Shown: positions 39,663-48,976 of the stretch, in pieces
How the letters are laid out: each line of letters begins with the position of its first letter
Position numbering within the stretch: position 1 is the stretch's first letter
NCBI GenBank assembly: GCA_016708825.1
Contig: JADJEZ010000011.1
Location: forward strand, 82,171-146,170
Source of the DNA: Betaproteobacteria bacterium
GTDB lineage: Bacteria > Pseudomonadota > Gammaproteobacteria > Burkholderiales > Usitatibacteraceae
Length of the DNA stretch: 64,000 nt
Direction of reading: 5' to 3'
Translations under genes and position numbers: made by a program
The notes under the pieces: model-generated
Told to the model about the DNA's origin: nothing
Databases searched by the model: none
Seen by the model: the letters and a program-made list of their open reading frames with translations, nothing else

Positions 39663-41219
39663 CTAGGCCGCGAGGGGGAGCGTTATCACGAAACGCGCGC
39701 CGCCCTGGTAGGCGGCGTCGCAGTGAATGCTGCCGCCGATCCGCGAGACGATGGAATGGCTGATCGCGAGGCCAAGCCCCGTGCCGGCGCTCTCGGTCTT
39801 GGTGGTGAAGAACGGGTCGAAGAGCTTGCCGCGGTTCTCCGGGGCGACGCCCGGCCCGTTGTCCGTGACGGAGACGACCGCGAAGCCGCCCTCGACCGCG
39901 GAAGAGACGTCCACGCGGGGGCTGGACGCCGCCGCGGCTGCCTGCACCGCGTTCACCATCACGTTCACGAGCACGATGTCGAGCTGGCCCGGGCCGCCGC
40001 GCACGAGGAGCTCTCCCTGCACGTCCGTTTCGACCGCGGCGCTGTAGCGCCGTCCCTGGCAGTTGGCGACCGCCTCCACGGACTCCCGGATCAACGCGTT
40101 GATCTCGCACGTCTCCGCGTGGCACACGTCCCGGCGCGCATAGGCAAGGAGGTCGTCGACGATTCGCGCGCAGCGCCGTGTCTCCCCATGGATGACGCTC
40201 GCATACTCGGCGCGTTTCGCCGCGTCGGCGTTGCCTTCATTGAGGAGCTTCGCGTAGCCCAGGATCGTGCCGAGCGGCGTGTTGAGCTCGTGGGCGACGC
40301 CGGCGGCGAGCTGGCCCATGGCGACCAGCTTCTCGGCCTGCTGCGAGATTTCCTCGAGCCGCCGCCAGTCGGTGATGTCCTGCAGGATGATCGCCGCGCT
40401 TGCCTGCGCGGAACGCGGATTCTGGCGGAAGAAGGTGAGGTTGAGCGATACCTGTCGCACCCGCGCGCCGATGTTGAGCGCGAGCACCTGGTTGCTCACC
40501 TGCTGCTCGTAGAGGAACGCCTCGCGCAGCACCTCGCGACCCGGCTCGTCGGATTCCAGGAGGTCGAAGAGGTTGGCCCCGGCCAGTGCTTCGCCGGAAA
40601 CCTCGAAGAGCGCCTCGGCCTGGCGGTTGGAGAGCGTGACGCGGAAATCGCCGTCCACGGCGAGCAGCGCGCCCGGCAGCCCCTGCAGGATGGCCTCGTG
40701 GCGGTTGCGTTCGGCGATGATGGACAGTTGCGCCTGCTCCATCTCGCCGAAGAGCGATCCCAGGTTTCCCGCGAGGGTGTTGTATTCCGTCTCGAGGGGC
40801 GCGAGGAGCGGGCGCGCGACGCCCTGCAGCCGGATCGGCTCGAGCGATCCCTCGTTGGCGTGGTGTACGGCTTCGTGCAGCGCGGCGAAGCCCCGGGCGT
40901 ATCCGCGGAGAACAACCGCCGCACCGGCCAGGACGATGCCGGCGACCACGAGGGCGGCGAGCAAGGCATCGTGGGGCGTTCCCAGTCCGTGAAACGCCGC
41001 GAGCAGTGCCGCAATCGACAGGGATGCGACGGCGCCGAGGGCGACTCCCGCGAAGACGCGCGACCCGGCTCCGGCATGCGCGCGCACGCGCGGCCCGTCG
41101 TCGTGTTCGCTTTCCGCCGGATTCGCCGTGATCTCCACGCTGCCTGTTCCTTCCCCATTCGCGCTCTCGCCGAAACACTCCGGCGCGAGGCGCAGCACTT
41201 CCCTCGGGGATGATGCCAC
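39663..41219 (-). CDS. PAS-domain sensor histidine kinase (partner of the NtrC-type regulator)
   Basis: Two TM helices with a very short loop, a PAS-like region, H-box LAAGVAHELNTPLG, and N/G boxes (NVMVNAVQA, DNGPGV, GTGLGLAIS). Intact 518-aa ORF with uncertain start. Confidence 0.8.
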   Translation of the reverse strand: MASSPREVLRLAPECFGESANGEGTGSVEITANPAESEHDDGPRVRAHAGAGSRVFAGVALGAVASLSIAALLAAFHGLGTPHDALLAALVVAGIVLAGAAVVLRGYARGFAALHEAVHHANEGSLEPIRLQGVARPLLAPLETEYNTLAGNLGSLFGEMEQAQLSIIAERNRHEAILQGLPGALLAVDGDFRVTLSNRQAEALFEVSGEALAGANLFDLLESDEPGREVLREAFLYEQQVSNQVLALNIGARVRQVSLNLTFFRQNPRSAQASAAIILQDITDWRRLEEISQQAEKLVAMGQLAAGVAHELNTPLGTILGYAKLLNEGNADAAKRAEYASVIHGETRRCARIVDDLLAYARRDVCHAETCEINALIRESVEAVANCQGRRYSAAVETDVQGELLVRGGPGQLDIVLVNVMVNAVQAAAAASSPRVDVSSAVEGGFAVVSVTDNGPGVAPENRGKLFDPFFTTKTESAGTGLGLAISHSIVSRIGGSIHCDAAYQGGARFVITLPLAA

Positions 41220-41268
41220 GGACCCGACCGGGGCCCTTGATCCCGGTCAGGTCCGCGCCTTCCGCGCT

Positions 41269-42461
41269 TCAGAAGATGAATTGCAGGCCGAGCGAATACT
41301 GCTTGTAGTCGCGCTGCGACGGGTTGACGGGATTCTGCACGTCGAAGCGGACGTCGGCGTACTCGAAGCTCAGCTTGAGCAGCTGGCCGTCGATGAGGTA
41401 GTGGAAGCCGACGCCGTCCCACTTCTGGTCGCGATACCCGAGGGGAGGTTGTACTCGGAGCGCTCGTGCCGCCCGAACACCTGGAGCCGCCCGGGGCCGA
41501 TCTTGCTGGGCAGCAGGTAGCCGGCCTTCACGTACCAGCCCTCGAGGTCGGTGGTGGTCGGCAGGTTCGGGTCGGGCGAGAGCCCGAAATGCGCCTTGCC
41601 GGTGTCGCGCCGCATCACGGCGGCCGATGCGGTGATGGTGCCGGCCGCGGTCGGCTGCTCGTAGAAGATGTCGGCGGTCCACGCCTTGGTGTCCTTCGCG
41701 TCGTCCTTGCCGACGAAGTCGCCGTAGGCCACCTTCTGCTGGTAGTCGTAGGCCGCGCCGATGGTGAGCACGCGCCTCGTGCCGAGGTAGGTGCCGCGGT
41801 AGCCGAAGTCGTACTCCGGGTCGAGCAGGCTCACGTGGACTCGCGCGGTCAGGCGAGGCGAGTCCTTCACCACCTCGTTGCCCTCGCGGCCGTCGGAAGC
41901 CATGACGCGGTACTGGAACTTCGCGTCGGCCAGGTTGCCCCACATCGCCACGCCCGTGTCGCGGCTGCCGCCCCAGGGCGTGTACGACAGCACCTCCGCG
42001 CGGTCCATGGTGAGTGCGTCGAAGCACGCCTCGAGGTTCTCGCGCGTGAACGTGTTCTTGAACCGCCCCACGATGAATCGCATCGCGTCGCTGTGGTCGA
42101 CCGTGATGTACGCGTCGCGGAAGAAGATGCTCTTGTCGTCGTCGCCTCCCCGGCTGTCGGCGGGCGCGTCGAGGTTCGCGTAGAAGCCCACGAGGTCGTT
42201 GTACTGCCCGGAAAAGGTGAGCCGGTTGCGGCGCAGGAAGAAGTCCGTGGAGCGGCCCGAGTCCGACGAGGAGGTGTAGCCGCGGTCCTGCGCCCAGCCC
42301 TGCACGGAGTAGTTGAACGTGAGACTGCCTTCCTTGCCGAAGGTGAGCGTCGGGCCCGCGGCCGCGGCGCCGGCGAAGCCCGCGAGCGCGAACGCGCAGG
42401 CCGTCGCGAGGCGGGCAGTGCGGCGCTTGCCGCGGTTCGATTCGATGGTGGCACGCTTCAT
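41269..42461 (-). CDS. outer-membrane porin (porin O/P-like beta-barrel), frame broken near 41443
   Basis: Signal peptide (..FALAGFAGAAAA), FFLRRNRLTFSG, alternating beta-strand pattern. After the shift the sequence is ..GYRDQKWDGVGFHYLIDGQLLKLSFEYADVRF..YSLGLQFIF*, ending in an aromatic residue. AGGAGGAGG RBS. Confidence 0.7.
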
Positions 42462-42483
42462 GGTGTTCCCCTCCTCCTAAGGA

Positions 42484-42988
42484 TCACTTCTTGTACGCGT
42501 TCGCGAGCTGCGCCGCGTTTTCGGACTTGTGGCAGTTCGCACACAGCTCGGAGGACCGGGGCCGCGGGTCCTTCACCATCTCCGTGTGCGCCAGTTCCTT
42601 CTTGATCAGCCGCGCGTTGCCCTTGTGGCAGCCGGCGCAGGAGTTGTCGACGCTCTTGTGGTCGGTGTGCCACTTGCGTGCTCGGGGCCGCGGCGCGGGT
42701 GCCGTTGTGGCACTTGAAGCAGGACGAGGCGCCCATGCCGCAGGCGTTCGCCTCGGCGATCGGGGAGTAGGTGCGAAGCGCGTCGCGAACGTCCGCGATG
42801 GCCTCCGCTCCCCATCCCGCGGGTTGCGCGCGGCTCGCCTCGGGGCCGTCGAACCGCTCCGGGCTCGATGCCGCCAGCGACCACGCGAGCGCCACGGCTG
42901 CGCATGCGGCGGTTCCCGCAGCGGTGCGCAGGATGCCGCGCGCGAGTCCGCGAAGCCTGTCGACCAGGGTCGTCTTGCTTTCCTTCAT
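42484..42988 (-). CDS. triheme c-type cytochrome, membrane/signal-anchored, frame broken near 42685
   Basis: Hand translation gives CFKCH, then after a 1-nt shift ..ARKWHTDHKSVDNSCAGCHKGNARLIKKELAHTEMVKDPRPRSSELCANCHKSENAAQLANAYKK*. That is three CxxCH motifs. The N-terminal hydrophobic segment is AAGTAACAAVALAWSLAA. A GGAGGA RBS precedes the ATG, which overlaps the upstream stop. Confidence 0.75.
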
Positions 42989-43242
42989 TTCTCGTTCCTC
43001 CGGGGTGGTGGCTCGGCTGCCGCCTTTTGCTCGGCGGCGGACTGGATATCGCTTTCGCTCAATGCGCTCACGCAGGTGCAGGTGGGCCTGTCGCCCTTGA
43101 ATTTCAGGCGCCGTTTCTTCACGGCCGGGCCGGACGCCGCCTCGCCCTCCCGGGCCGCCCCGGCATCGCGCTTGGGCGCTTCCTCGGCGTGGGCCGCCGG
43201 CGCGAGCATCGCGGCGAGCAGCAACCAGCTGGAAATTCTCAT
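42985..43242 (-). CDS. small secreted protein (85 aa) with CTC motif
   Basis: ATG 43242 follows GGAGG. Signal peptide MRISSWLLLAAMLAPAAHA, then a charged, low-complexity mature part containing ..DRPTCTCVSAL... No family recognised. Confidence 0.5.
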   Translation of the reverse strand: MRISSWLLLAAMLAPAAHAEEAPKRDAGAAREGEAASGPAVKKRRLKFKGDRPTCTCVSALSESDIQSAAEQKAAAEPPPRRNEK

Positions 43243-43279
43243 GGGGCCTCCGGTGAACAAGGTCCGACCCGCGATCATC

Positions 43280-43295
43280 AGCAGATTGCGTGCCA
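43280..43295 (-). promoter_or_regulatory. sigma54 (-24/-12) promoter P3, upstream of small protein-triheme-porin
   Basis: Minus strand TGGCACGCAATCTGCT versus consensus TGGCACG-N4-TTGCW. It lies about 40 nt upstream of ATG 43242. Confidence 0.7.
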
Positions 43296-43382
43296 CTGGC
43301 GCGGACCGTTTTATAAACAGGGAGTTAATGCGCGCCGCCGCCATCACGGCATTGCATTACCCCCTTCGGCGTCCGGGGGCTT

Positions 43383-44642
43383 TCAATTTGCAACCGCGCG
43401 CGCATCGCTTCCCGTCGCGGCGGGCGCAGCGACTTCCACGTCCTCCAGGTAATAGCGCGCGTTCACGGCCCGGGCGAGCGCTTCGTCCAGGGTCGCGCGC
43501 GTTGCGTCGTCGAGCCCGGGGTTGCGACGCCGCATGTCGGCGAACATGCGCTCGTAGTGTTCGCCGGGAGCGACTTCCGTTCGCAGCCGCAGGCGCCATT
43601 GGCCGGGCGCGACCTGGACATCGAATTGCATCTCGTGGCGGGCATCGGGCGCGAGGCGCGTGTCGGCGATTTCCTTGTCGAGCCCCACCGTGAGCTGCCG
43701 GCCGATCGTGTGGTCCCCGACGAGGACGTGCGTTCCCCGGCCGAGCAGGTAGACGCGAACGAGGATCCGGGGAACGACATAGGTGGGCAGGTAATGCCCG
43801 GCGTCCCGGTTGGCGAGGACGACGGTGACGCGAAGCCGGCCCTCGTCCACGCGCGAAACGGAGATCTCGCGGCCGAGCGCGCCGCGCACCATCTGCGCGT
43901 CATGGATGCCGCGCCAGAGGTGGCGCCTCCCAGGCATGTGGCACGACTGGCAGTGGCGGCCTTCGCGCGCGTGGCGGCTGGCGCGCCATTCCTCGTAGGT
44001 GTTTTCGAGGAGCTTGCCGTTCACCTGGCGGCCGTCGGGTGCGAACTGGTGGCAGGTCGAGCAGAACCGGCTGTCGGAGAACGCGGCCTCGGCGACGAAT
44101 CCCCCATGGGGTTGGCGTTCGCTTCCGGCACCGGTGGTCGCCGCGATCGCGGGCCCGAAGCGCTGGTGCCGGCGCACGTGGCAGGCCGCGCACACCAGGC
44201 CCCGCAGGTGCAGGTCGCCGGACACCCAGGGCGGCGGCGCGGACGCGGGCGCGTTGGGCCAGCCGCGTTCTATCGCCATGAGTGCCTTCTGCTCGGCGAG
44301 CGGCGCGTGGCAGCGCAGGCAGTCGTTGCCGTGTTGCTGGTCCATGGTGCGCAACTGCCAGAGGATGCCGGGGCCCATGGCCCGGCTGTGCAGGCTCGTC
44401 TTCCAGTCGGCGAGCTGCGCGGCGTGGCACACGCCGCAGGCTTCCGGCGAGAGGGCCGCTTCTTCGGGAGTGTGCGTGGCGGGAGGATCGCCTTGCGGCG
44501 CGAGGGGCTGCGCCCAGTGGCGCGCGAGAAACGCTGCGATGGCCTTGTCGGCCCGGTGCTCACGGAAAACCGCGATCCCGGCCCACAGGGCAAGGCCGGC
44601 GAGGGCGGCAAGCGCCGCCCCGCCGGCCCGGCGCAGGTTCAG
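43383..44642 (-). CDS. pentaheme c-type cytochrome with non-heme C-terminal domain
   Basis: Five CxxCH motifs (CGVCH, CLRCH, CAACH, CSTCH, CQSCH) after a TM/signal anchor (AALAALAGLALWAGIAVF), followed by about 170 aa without heme sites (..ANRDAGHYLPTY..). There is no ATG/GTG/TTG in frame near the anchor, so the start (CTG 44642/44636?) is unresolved. Confidence 0.75.
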   Translation of the reverse strand: MNLRRAGGAALAALAGLALWAGIAVFREHRADKAIAAFLARHWAQPLAPQGDPPATHTPEEAALSPEACGVCHAAQLADWKTSLHSRAMGPGILWQLRTMDQQHGNDCLRCHAPLAEQKALMAIERGWPNAPASAPPPWVSGDLHLRGLVCAACHVRRHQRFGPAIAATTGAGSERQPHGGFVAEAAFSDSRFCSTCHQFAPDGRQVNGKLLENTYEEWRASRHAREGRHCQSCHMPGRRHLWRGIHDAQMVRGALGREISVSRVDEGRLRVTVVLANRDAGHYLPTYVVPRILVRVYLLGRGTHVLVGDHTIGRQLTVGLDKEIADTRLAPDARHEMQFDVQVAPGQWRLRLRTEVAPGEHYERMFADMRRRNPGLDDATRATLDEALARAVNARYYLEDVEVAAPAATGSDARAVAN

Positions 44643-46135
44643 CCGCAGGGGTTGCCTCCGGGACCGCCGCCTCCGCCGCTGTCGCTCGCGCCGGTGCCGC
44701 CGCGCTTGTACGACTTGTCGTCGAGGATGATCTTGTTGGCGTGGATCGCGTAGGGGTTCACGATCGTGCGCCTGGCCACGTTCGCGGGATTGGCGGCCGG
44801 GCGGAAGAACGACTTCACGTCCGTGCGCCACGGGGAATCGGCCGGCAGGATCGGGTTGCCGGTCGAGTCGGGCAGGCTGGAAAGCGAATGCCATTCGACC
44901 ATGGCGCCGTCATAGAAGCGCACGGGGTAGCCCATGATGCCCGCGGAAGCGAATCCCGTGATCATCGCGCGGAAGGTCGTCTCGCAGTAGGAATAGACCA
45001 CGTCCCCGGCCTGGTAACCCGCACCGTCGCCGACGCCGCCGTAGGTGGCGTCGACGAAGCGGTAGCCGCCCGCGTCCGCGCCGCCGCTCATGTACGTCGC
45101 GATCGCCGCCTTCGGCTTGTAGGAAAAGCCCTTCGTCGAATCGAGCAGGTTGGTGAACTGGAGCTGCAGCGTGCCGCGGGGATGACCCTGGCGCGAGCCG
45201 CTGTTCTGGAACGTGCGCATGTAATCGTAGCCCGTGGGCGGCGCGCAGACCGCCGCGCCGCAGGCGGTGTACCCGGAGTCGCCCGCCTCGAGGCGCTCGC
45301 CGGCGCTGAACTGGCCGACGCTGCGCGCATCCCAGATGAACACGCCGTCGTCGCGCACGTTCACGTCCGTGGAGGGAAGCACCGCGAGCAGGTCCTCGAA
45401 GGTCGCCTGCAGGGCGGTGTTGTCGACGGGGATGTCCTTCACGCTCGCGGTCCCGTTGTTGGGCGGCGTGCTCGCCGTCGCCGTGAAATCCGCGGCCGCC
45501 ATGCCGTTGGTGTTGATCCACTGGTTGCCGCCGTTCAGGACGGCGACGTTGCGCTTGTCGACGCCCCAGTAGCGCAGCGCGTACCAGCAGCGGCCCTGCG
45601 CCATCGCGTTGCCGGTACTGCCCGTTCCCATTCCGCAGACGATCATGTCGTTGGCGGGATCGATGCCGTACTTCTTCAGGAGCGCGTCCATCGACGCCCC
45701 GTCCGGCACCATGCTCACGGTCTCGATCACGCCGTTGGAGCGCGTCTGGACCCATTCGGAGGAGGGCGAGAGGTAGGTGAAGACCGTGGAGTTGTTCGGC
45801 TTCACGTACTCCGCGCCGGCGGGCCCCGTCGTGGCCTGGAAGATCACGAGCTTGCCGCTGATGCCGGCCGGGCGGTTGGCCCCCCAGTTAGAGATCCAGC
45901 GCTTGAGGGTGGCGGCGGTGACGAGGCCGTTCACGTTCTCCTCGTAGTTGTCCGCGGACGCCTGCGCGATCGTGTGCGGCGTGTTCACGGTGATCTTCAC
46001 CACGTTGCCGGCGGACGTGTCCTCGCGGCCGCCGCCCCCGCCGCAAGCCGCCAGTGCGAGGCAGGTCGCGGCGGCGAGGGCCATGCGCGGATTCACGATT
46101 TCACCCAGGGTGCTGCCGTGATGTTGCCTCGTCAT
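44639..46135 (-). CDS. tandem-rhodanese sulfurtransferase-like lipoprotein with Gly-rich C-terminal Cys tail
   Basis: Lipobox ..ATCLALAAC. Domain 1 is ..DMIVCGMGTGS..RCWYALRYWGVDKRNVAVLNGGNQW. Domain 2 is ..VFIWDARS..GHPRG..VVYSYCETTFRAMITG..GYPVRFYDGAMVEW, with a CxxxxR active-site-like loop. The protein ends ..GGGGGPGGNPCG*. ATG 46135 is preceded by GAAGGAGG; ATG 46159 is also possible. Confidence 0.75.
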   Translation of the reverse strand: MTRQHHGSTLGEIVNPRMALAAATCLALAACGGGGGREDTSAGNVVKITVNTPHTIAQASADNYEENVNGLVTAATLKRWISNWGANRPAGISGKLVIFQATTGPAGAEYVKPNNSTVFTYLSPSSEWVQTRSNGVIETVSMVPDGASMDALLKKYGIDPANDMIVCGMGTGSTGNAMAQGRCWYALRYWGVDKRNVAVLNGGNQWINTNGMAAADFTATASTPPNNGTASVKDIPVDNTALQATFEDLLAVLPSTDVNVRDDGVFIWDARSVGQFSAGERLEAGDSGYTACGAAVCAPPTGYDYMRTFQNSGSRQGHPRGTLQLQFTNLLDSTKGFSYKPKAAIATYMSGGADAGGYRFVDATYGGVGDGAGYQAGDVVYSYCETTFRAMITGFASAGIMGYPVRFYDGAMVEWHSLSSLPDSTGNPILPADSPWRTDVKSFFRPAANPANVARRTIVNPYAIHANKIILDDKSYKRGGTGASDSGGGGGPGGNPCG

Positions 46136-46197
46136 TTTCTGGCCTCCTTCACTGTGCATTCCGGTTGTCGCGGGTCAAGCCCGTCCGTACATGCGCT

Positions 46198-46213
46198 AGC
46201 ACATTGCGTGCCG
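46198..46213 (-). promoter_or_regulatory. sigma54 (-24/-12) promoter P1, upstream of rhodanese lipoprotein-pentaheme
   Basis: Minus strand CGGCACGCAATGTGCT, with GG and GC correctly spaced. It lies about 65 nt upstream of ATG 46135. Confidence 0.7.
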
Positions 46214-46457
46214 AACCCGATTCCCGAAGGAAAACAAGCCCTTGAGTATTGCCGGGCGGACGCGGCCCGTTGCACATTTCATCGGCCGGGGCGGTCCGTC
46301 GACATTTTGCAAGTTCCGGATCGCGCCTTCCGCGAGACGCGCGGCCGATTGCATTATCCAATCCGCCCATGACGTGGTGCGCCCCGATTGCGACATGCAC
46401 GCGCGTCGCATTCTCCCTGCCCGCGCGCCGCGCAGGGAAACCACGCTTCGGGGCCCG

Positions 46458-46473
46458 CGGCACGCAACTTGCT
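46458..46473 (+). promoter_or_regulatory. sigma54 (-24/-12) promoter P2, upstream of the TusA-like/YeeE operon
   Basis: Plus strand CGGCACGCAACTTGCT, about 40 nt upstream of the 46513 start. Divergent from P1. Confidence 0.7.
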
Positions 46474-46512
46474 ACCTTGCTTCACGGGTAGACTGCACGC
46501 AGGTGGGCAAGG

Positions 46513-46902
46513 GTGTTGAACAGAATGATCGGTCCGTTTGGCTGGTTCCTGCCGTCCCTTCGCGGCCGCGGCGATGCACGCTCCGGCCCGGCGAAGACCG
46601 TGGAGATCCCCGGGCACGGCGCGATGGTCGCCGACAACTCGGTCGATCTCACGGGCGCGACATGCCTGCGGACCAACCTCGTCACGAAGCGGGCGCTCGA
46701 CGCGGCGTTGCCCGGCTCGGTGATCGAGATCGTCTCGGACAACCTGAGTTCGGTGGAAACGATCCCCTTCATGCTGGCGGGACACAACTGCGTCCACCTG
46801 GGAACGCTCCACCTGGAGAGCGGCTGGAAGATCTATGCGCGCAAGGGCGCCGGCGAGGGCGCGTGCGACGGACCTGACGACGAAGGAGGCAAGGCAAGAT
46901 GA
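46513..46902 (+). CDS. TusA/SirA-fold protein with non-canonical cysteine motif
   Basis: ..VDLTGATCLRTNLVTKRALDAALPGSVIEIVSDNLSSVETIPFMLAGHNCVHL.. follows the TusA pattern but has C-L-R-T where TusA has C-P-x-P. An extra N-terminal extension of about 40 aa is present. The stop overlaps the yeeE ATG (ATGA). Confidence 0.6.
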   Translation: MLNRMIGPFGWFLPSLRGRGDARSGPAKTVEIPGHGAMVADNSVDLTGATCLRTNLVTKRALDAALPGSVIEIVSDNLSSVETIPFMLAGHNCVHLGTLHLESGWKIYARKGAGEGACDGPDDEGGKAR

Positions 46903-48348
46903 GTGAAGGCGTGGTCGACACCACCGAAGGGGTGGGTTCGGCGGTGGGCCGGGCGAATGCCCTGCGGGCTTCCGCCGTGGTGGGATTCTTCGTGCTGGTC
47001 ACGGCGTGGACGTTCGCCGTCGATACGCGCTACCTCTATTTTTCCGCCTACCTGTGGTTCGGGTTCGTCTACGGCATGAGCCTGCAGTACGGCAGGTTCT
47101 GCATGGCCTCGGCGATCCGCGACCTCTTCGCCGTGGGCGTGCCACGCATGGCGGTGGGCATCATGATCGCCGTGGTGCTCTTCAGCCTCGTGTCCGCCGC
47201 CGTCACCGTCGCCGGCAAGAGCACCTTCCACGCCTCCCCCATCGGCCTGTACTCGGTGGTCGGCGGCGCGATCTTCGGGTTCGGCATGGTGTTCACCGGC
47301 GGCTGCGCCACCGGGTCCTCTACAAGACGGGGAGGGCAGCGTCTCGGCGCTCCTCGTGGTGCTCTCGCTCAGTTTCGCGCAGGCGTACTTCGTGGACATC
47401 GGGGGCGCGCTCGACGCGCTGGTTCCCGCCTCGTGGGCCGCCTCGGCCGCCGCGAAGGGGATGCCGGCCGCGGTGTCGGCCACCCAAGGCTGGTACGACC
47501 AGTTCCTCGCGGGCTACGTGTGGGACCTGAAGAGCCTCACCGTGGGCGAGGCGCTCGGCTTCACGAGCCCGATGGCGAAAGCCTTCATCGGCAACTCCCT
47601 CATCAACGCGATCCTGCCGGCCATCGTGATCCTCGCGGTGATCTACGCCATCTGGTACCGGAAGGGCTACCTGCGCAAGCGCAAGGACGGCGCGCGCGGT
47701 GCCTCGGTGGAGCTGGCCGGCTGGTGGAGCATGGTCACCGCCTCGAAGCGCACGGCGATCGCGGGCCTCATCCTGGGCGTGGCCGCCGGCCTGCAGATGT
47801 GGGTGGTGCAGACCCTGCAGCAGAAGTTCGGCATCTCGAACGCGGGCGAGCTGCTCCAGGCGCTCGGCCATACCGAGGGGCTGAGCCTGCAGGACACGGT
47901 CTTCGACCCCGGCTACTTCTACGTGACGACCCAGGAGGCGCAGGGCGCGGCCTGGGTGCTCGCGAAGCTGGGCATCGACATCACGGACAACATCTTCTTC
48001 GGGCTGGAGAACGGCATTCCCAACCCGCTCTACAACCCGGTGCTGTGGATGTCGTTCTCGGTGATCGGCGGGGCGATGGTGATGGCGCTGCTCGCCAACG
48101 AGTTCAAGCTGAAGATGCCCACGCGCGAGATAGCGTTCTGGGCCATCTCCGGCGGCATCCTCATGGGCATCGGCGCGCGCGTCGGCCTGGGCTGCAACAT
48201 CGGCGCGTTCTTCGCGACGGTCACCAACGGCGACCCCTCGGGCTGGCTCTTCGGGCTGGGCATGACGGGCGGCGGCTACATCGGGGTGAAGTTCTTCAAC
48301 TGGTGGATCGAGCGCAAGATGGCAAAGGACACGCCGCTCGGGTTCTAG
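46899..48348 (+). CDS. YeeE/YedE-family sulfur-compound (thiosulfate-type) transporter, frame broken near 47317
   Basis: Three conserved Cys segments: GRFCMASAIRD, FTGGCATGS and GLGCNIGAF. Multi-TM. ORFs 46899.. and 47356..48348 join as GGCATGS/LYKTGEGSVSALLVVLSLSF if a C is restored in tCCtc. At about 483 codons it is longer than the E. coli-type YeeE I remember. Confidence 0.75.
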
Positions 48349-48387
48349 TTTCACCGGGCGGTATCGAAATCACGGCAACGGAGGCAA

Positions 48388-48648
48388 GTGGAAATGGCAG
48401 CCAAGTTCGAGAAGCTGGAAGAGGGCAACTACCAACTGGATGTCCAGGGCTATGTCTGCCCGCATCCGCAGATCTACGCGAAGAAGGCGCTGGAGAAGCT
48501 GAAGTCGGGCGATACGCTGCAGCTGCTGTTCGACAACCCGGCCTCGGGCGAGTCGATCCACGCGATGTGCGAGACGGAGGGCAACGACATCGTCGAGCGG
48601 GTGCAGGACGCCGGCAAGACGATGCGCTGGACCATCCGCAAGCACTGA
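48388..48648 (+). CDS. TusA-family sulfur carrier (YeeD-like)
   Basis: ..YQLDVQGYVCPHPQIYAKKALEKLKSGDTLQLLFDNPASGESI.. has the canonical CPxP motif. Located immediately after yeeE. Confidence 0.8.
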   Translation: MEMAAKFEKLEEGNYQLDVQGYVCPHPQIYAKKALEKLKSGDTLQLLFDNPASGESIHAMCETEGNDIVERVQDAGKTMRWTIRKH

Positions 48649-48667
48649 GACCGGCGCGAACGCACCC

Positions 48668-48976
48668 ATGCGCCTCGGCATCGTCGCCACGCACGAATCG
48701 GCGGGCCCGCAGCTGGCCGGGCTCGCCGCCGCCGCCGCGGCACGCGGCTGGCCCCTGCGCTGCTTCCTCACCGATTCCGGCGTGAAGCTCGCCGCGAACG
48801 GCGCGCTCCTCGCGCTCGCGCAATCCGGCAAGCTCCGGCTCGACGTCTGCGAGCACAGCTGGCAGCACCTGGGGATGGGAGAAGCGCCCGAGGGCGCCAC
48901 CCTCGGCAGCCAGTTCCAGAACGCGGAACTGGTGCGCGAGTGCGACCGCGTCCTGGTGCTCCCGGGCGGCGCATGA
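48668..48976 (+). CDS. DsrE/TusD-like small protein
   Basis: [50 protein letters not shown].. has a DsrE-fold-like beta-alpha pattern with a Cys after the second strand block. Short at 102 aa. Confidence 0.45.
   Translation: MRLGIVATHESAGPQLAGLAAAAAARGWPLRCFLTDSGVKLAANGALLALAQSGKLRLDVCEHSWQHLGMGEAPEGATLGSQFQNAELVRECDRVLVLPGGA

Noticed and set aside
44282-46372. 696-aa plus-strand ORF
   Set aside because: It is antisense to the rhodanese lipoprotein and pentaheme genes, both of which have clear motifs. I treat it as a GC artefact.
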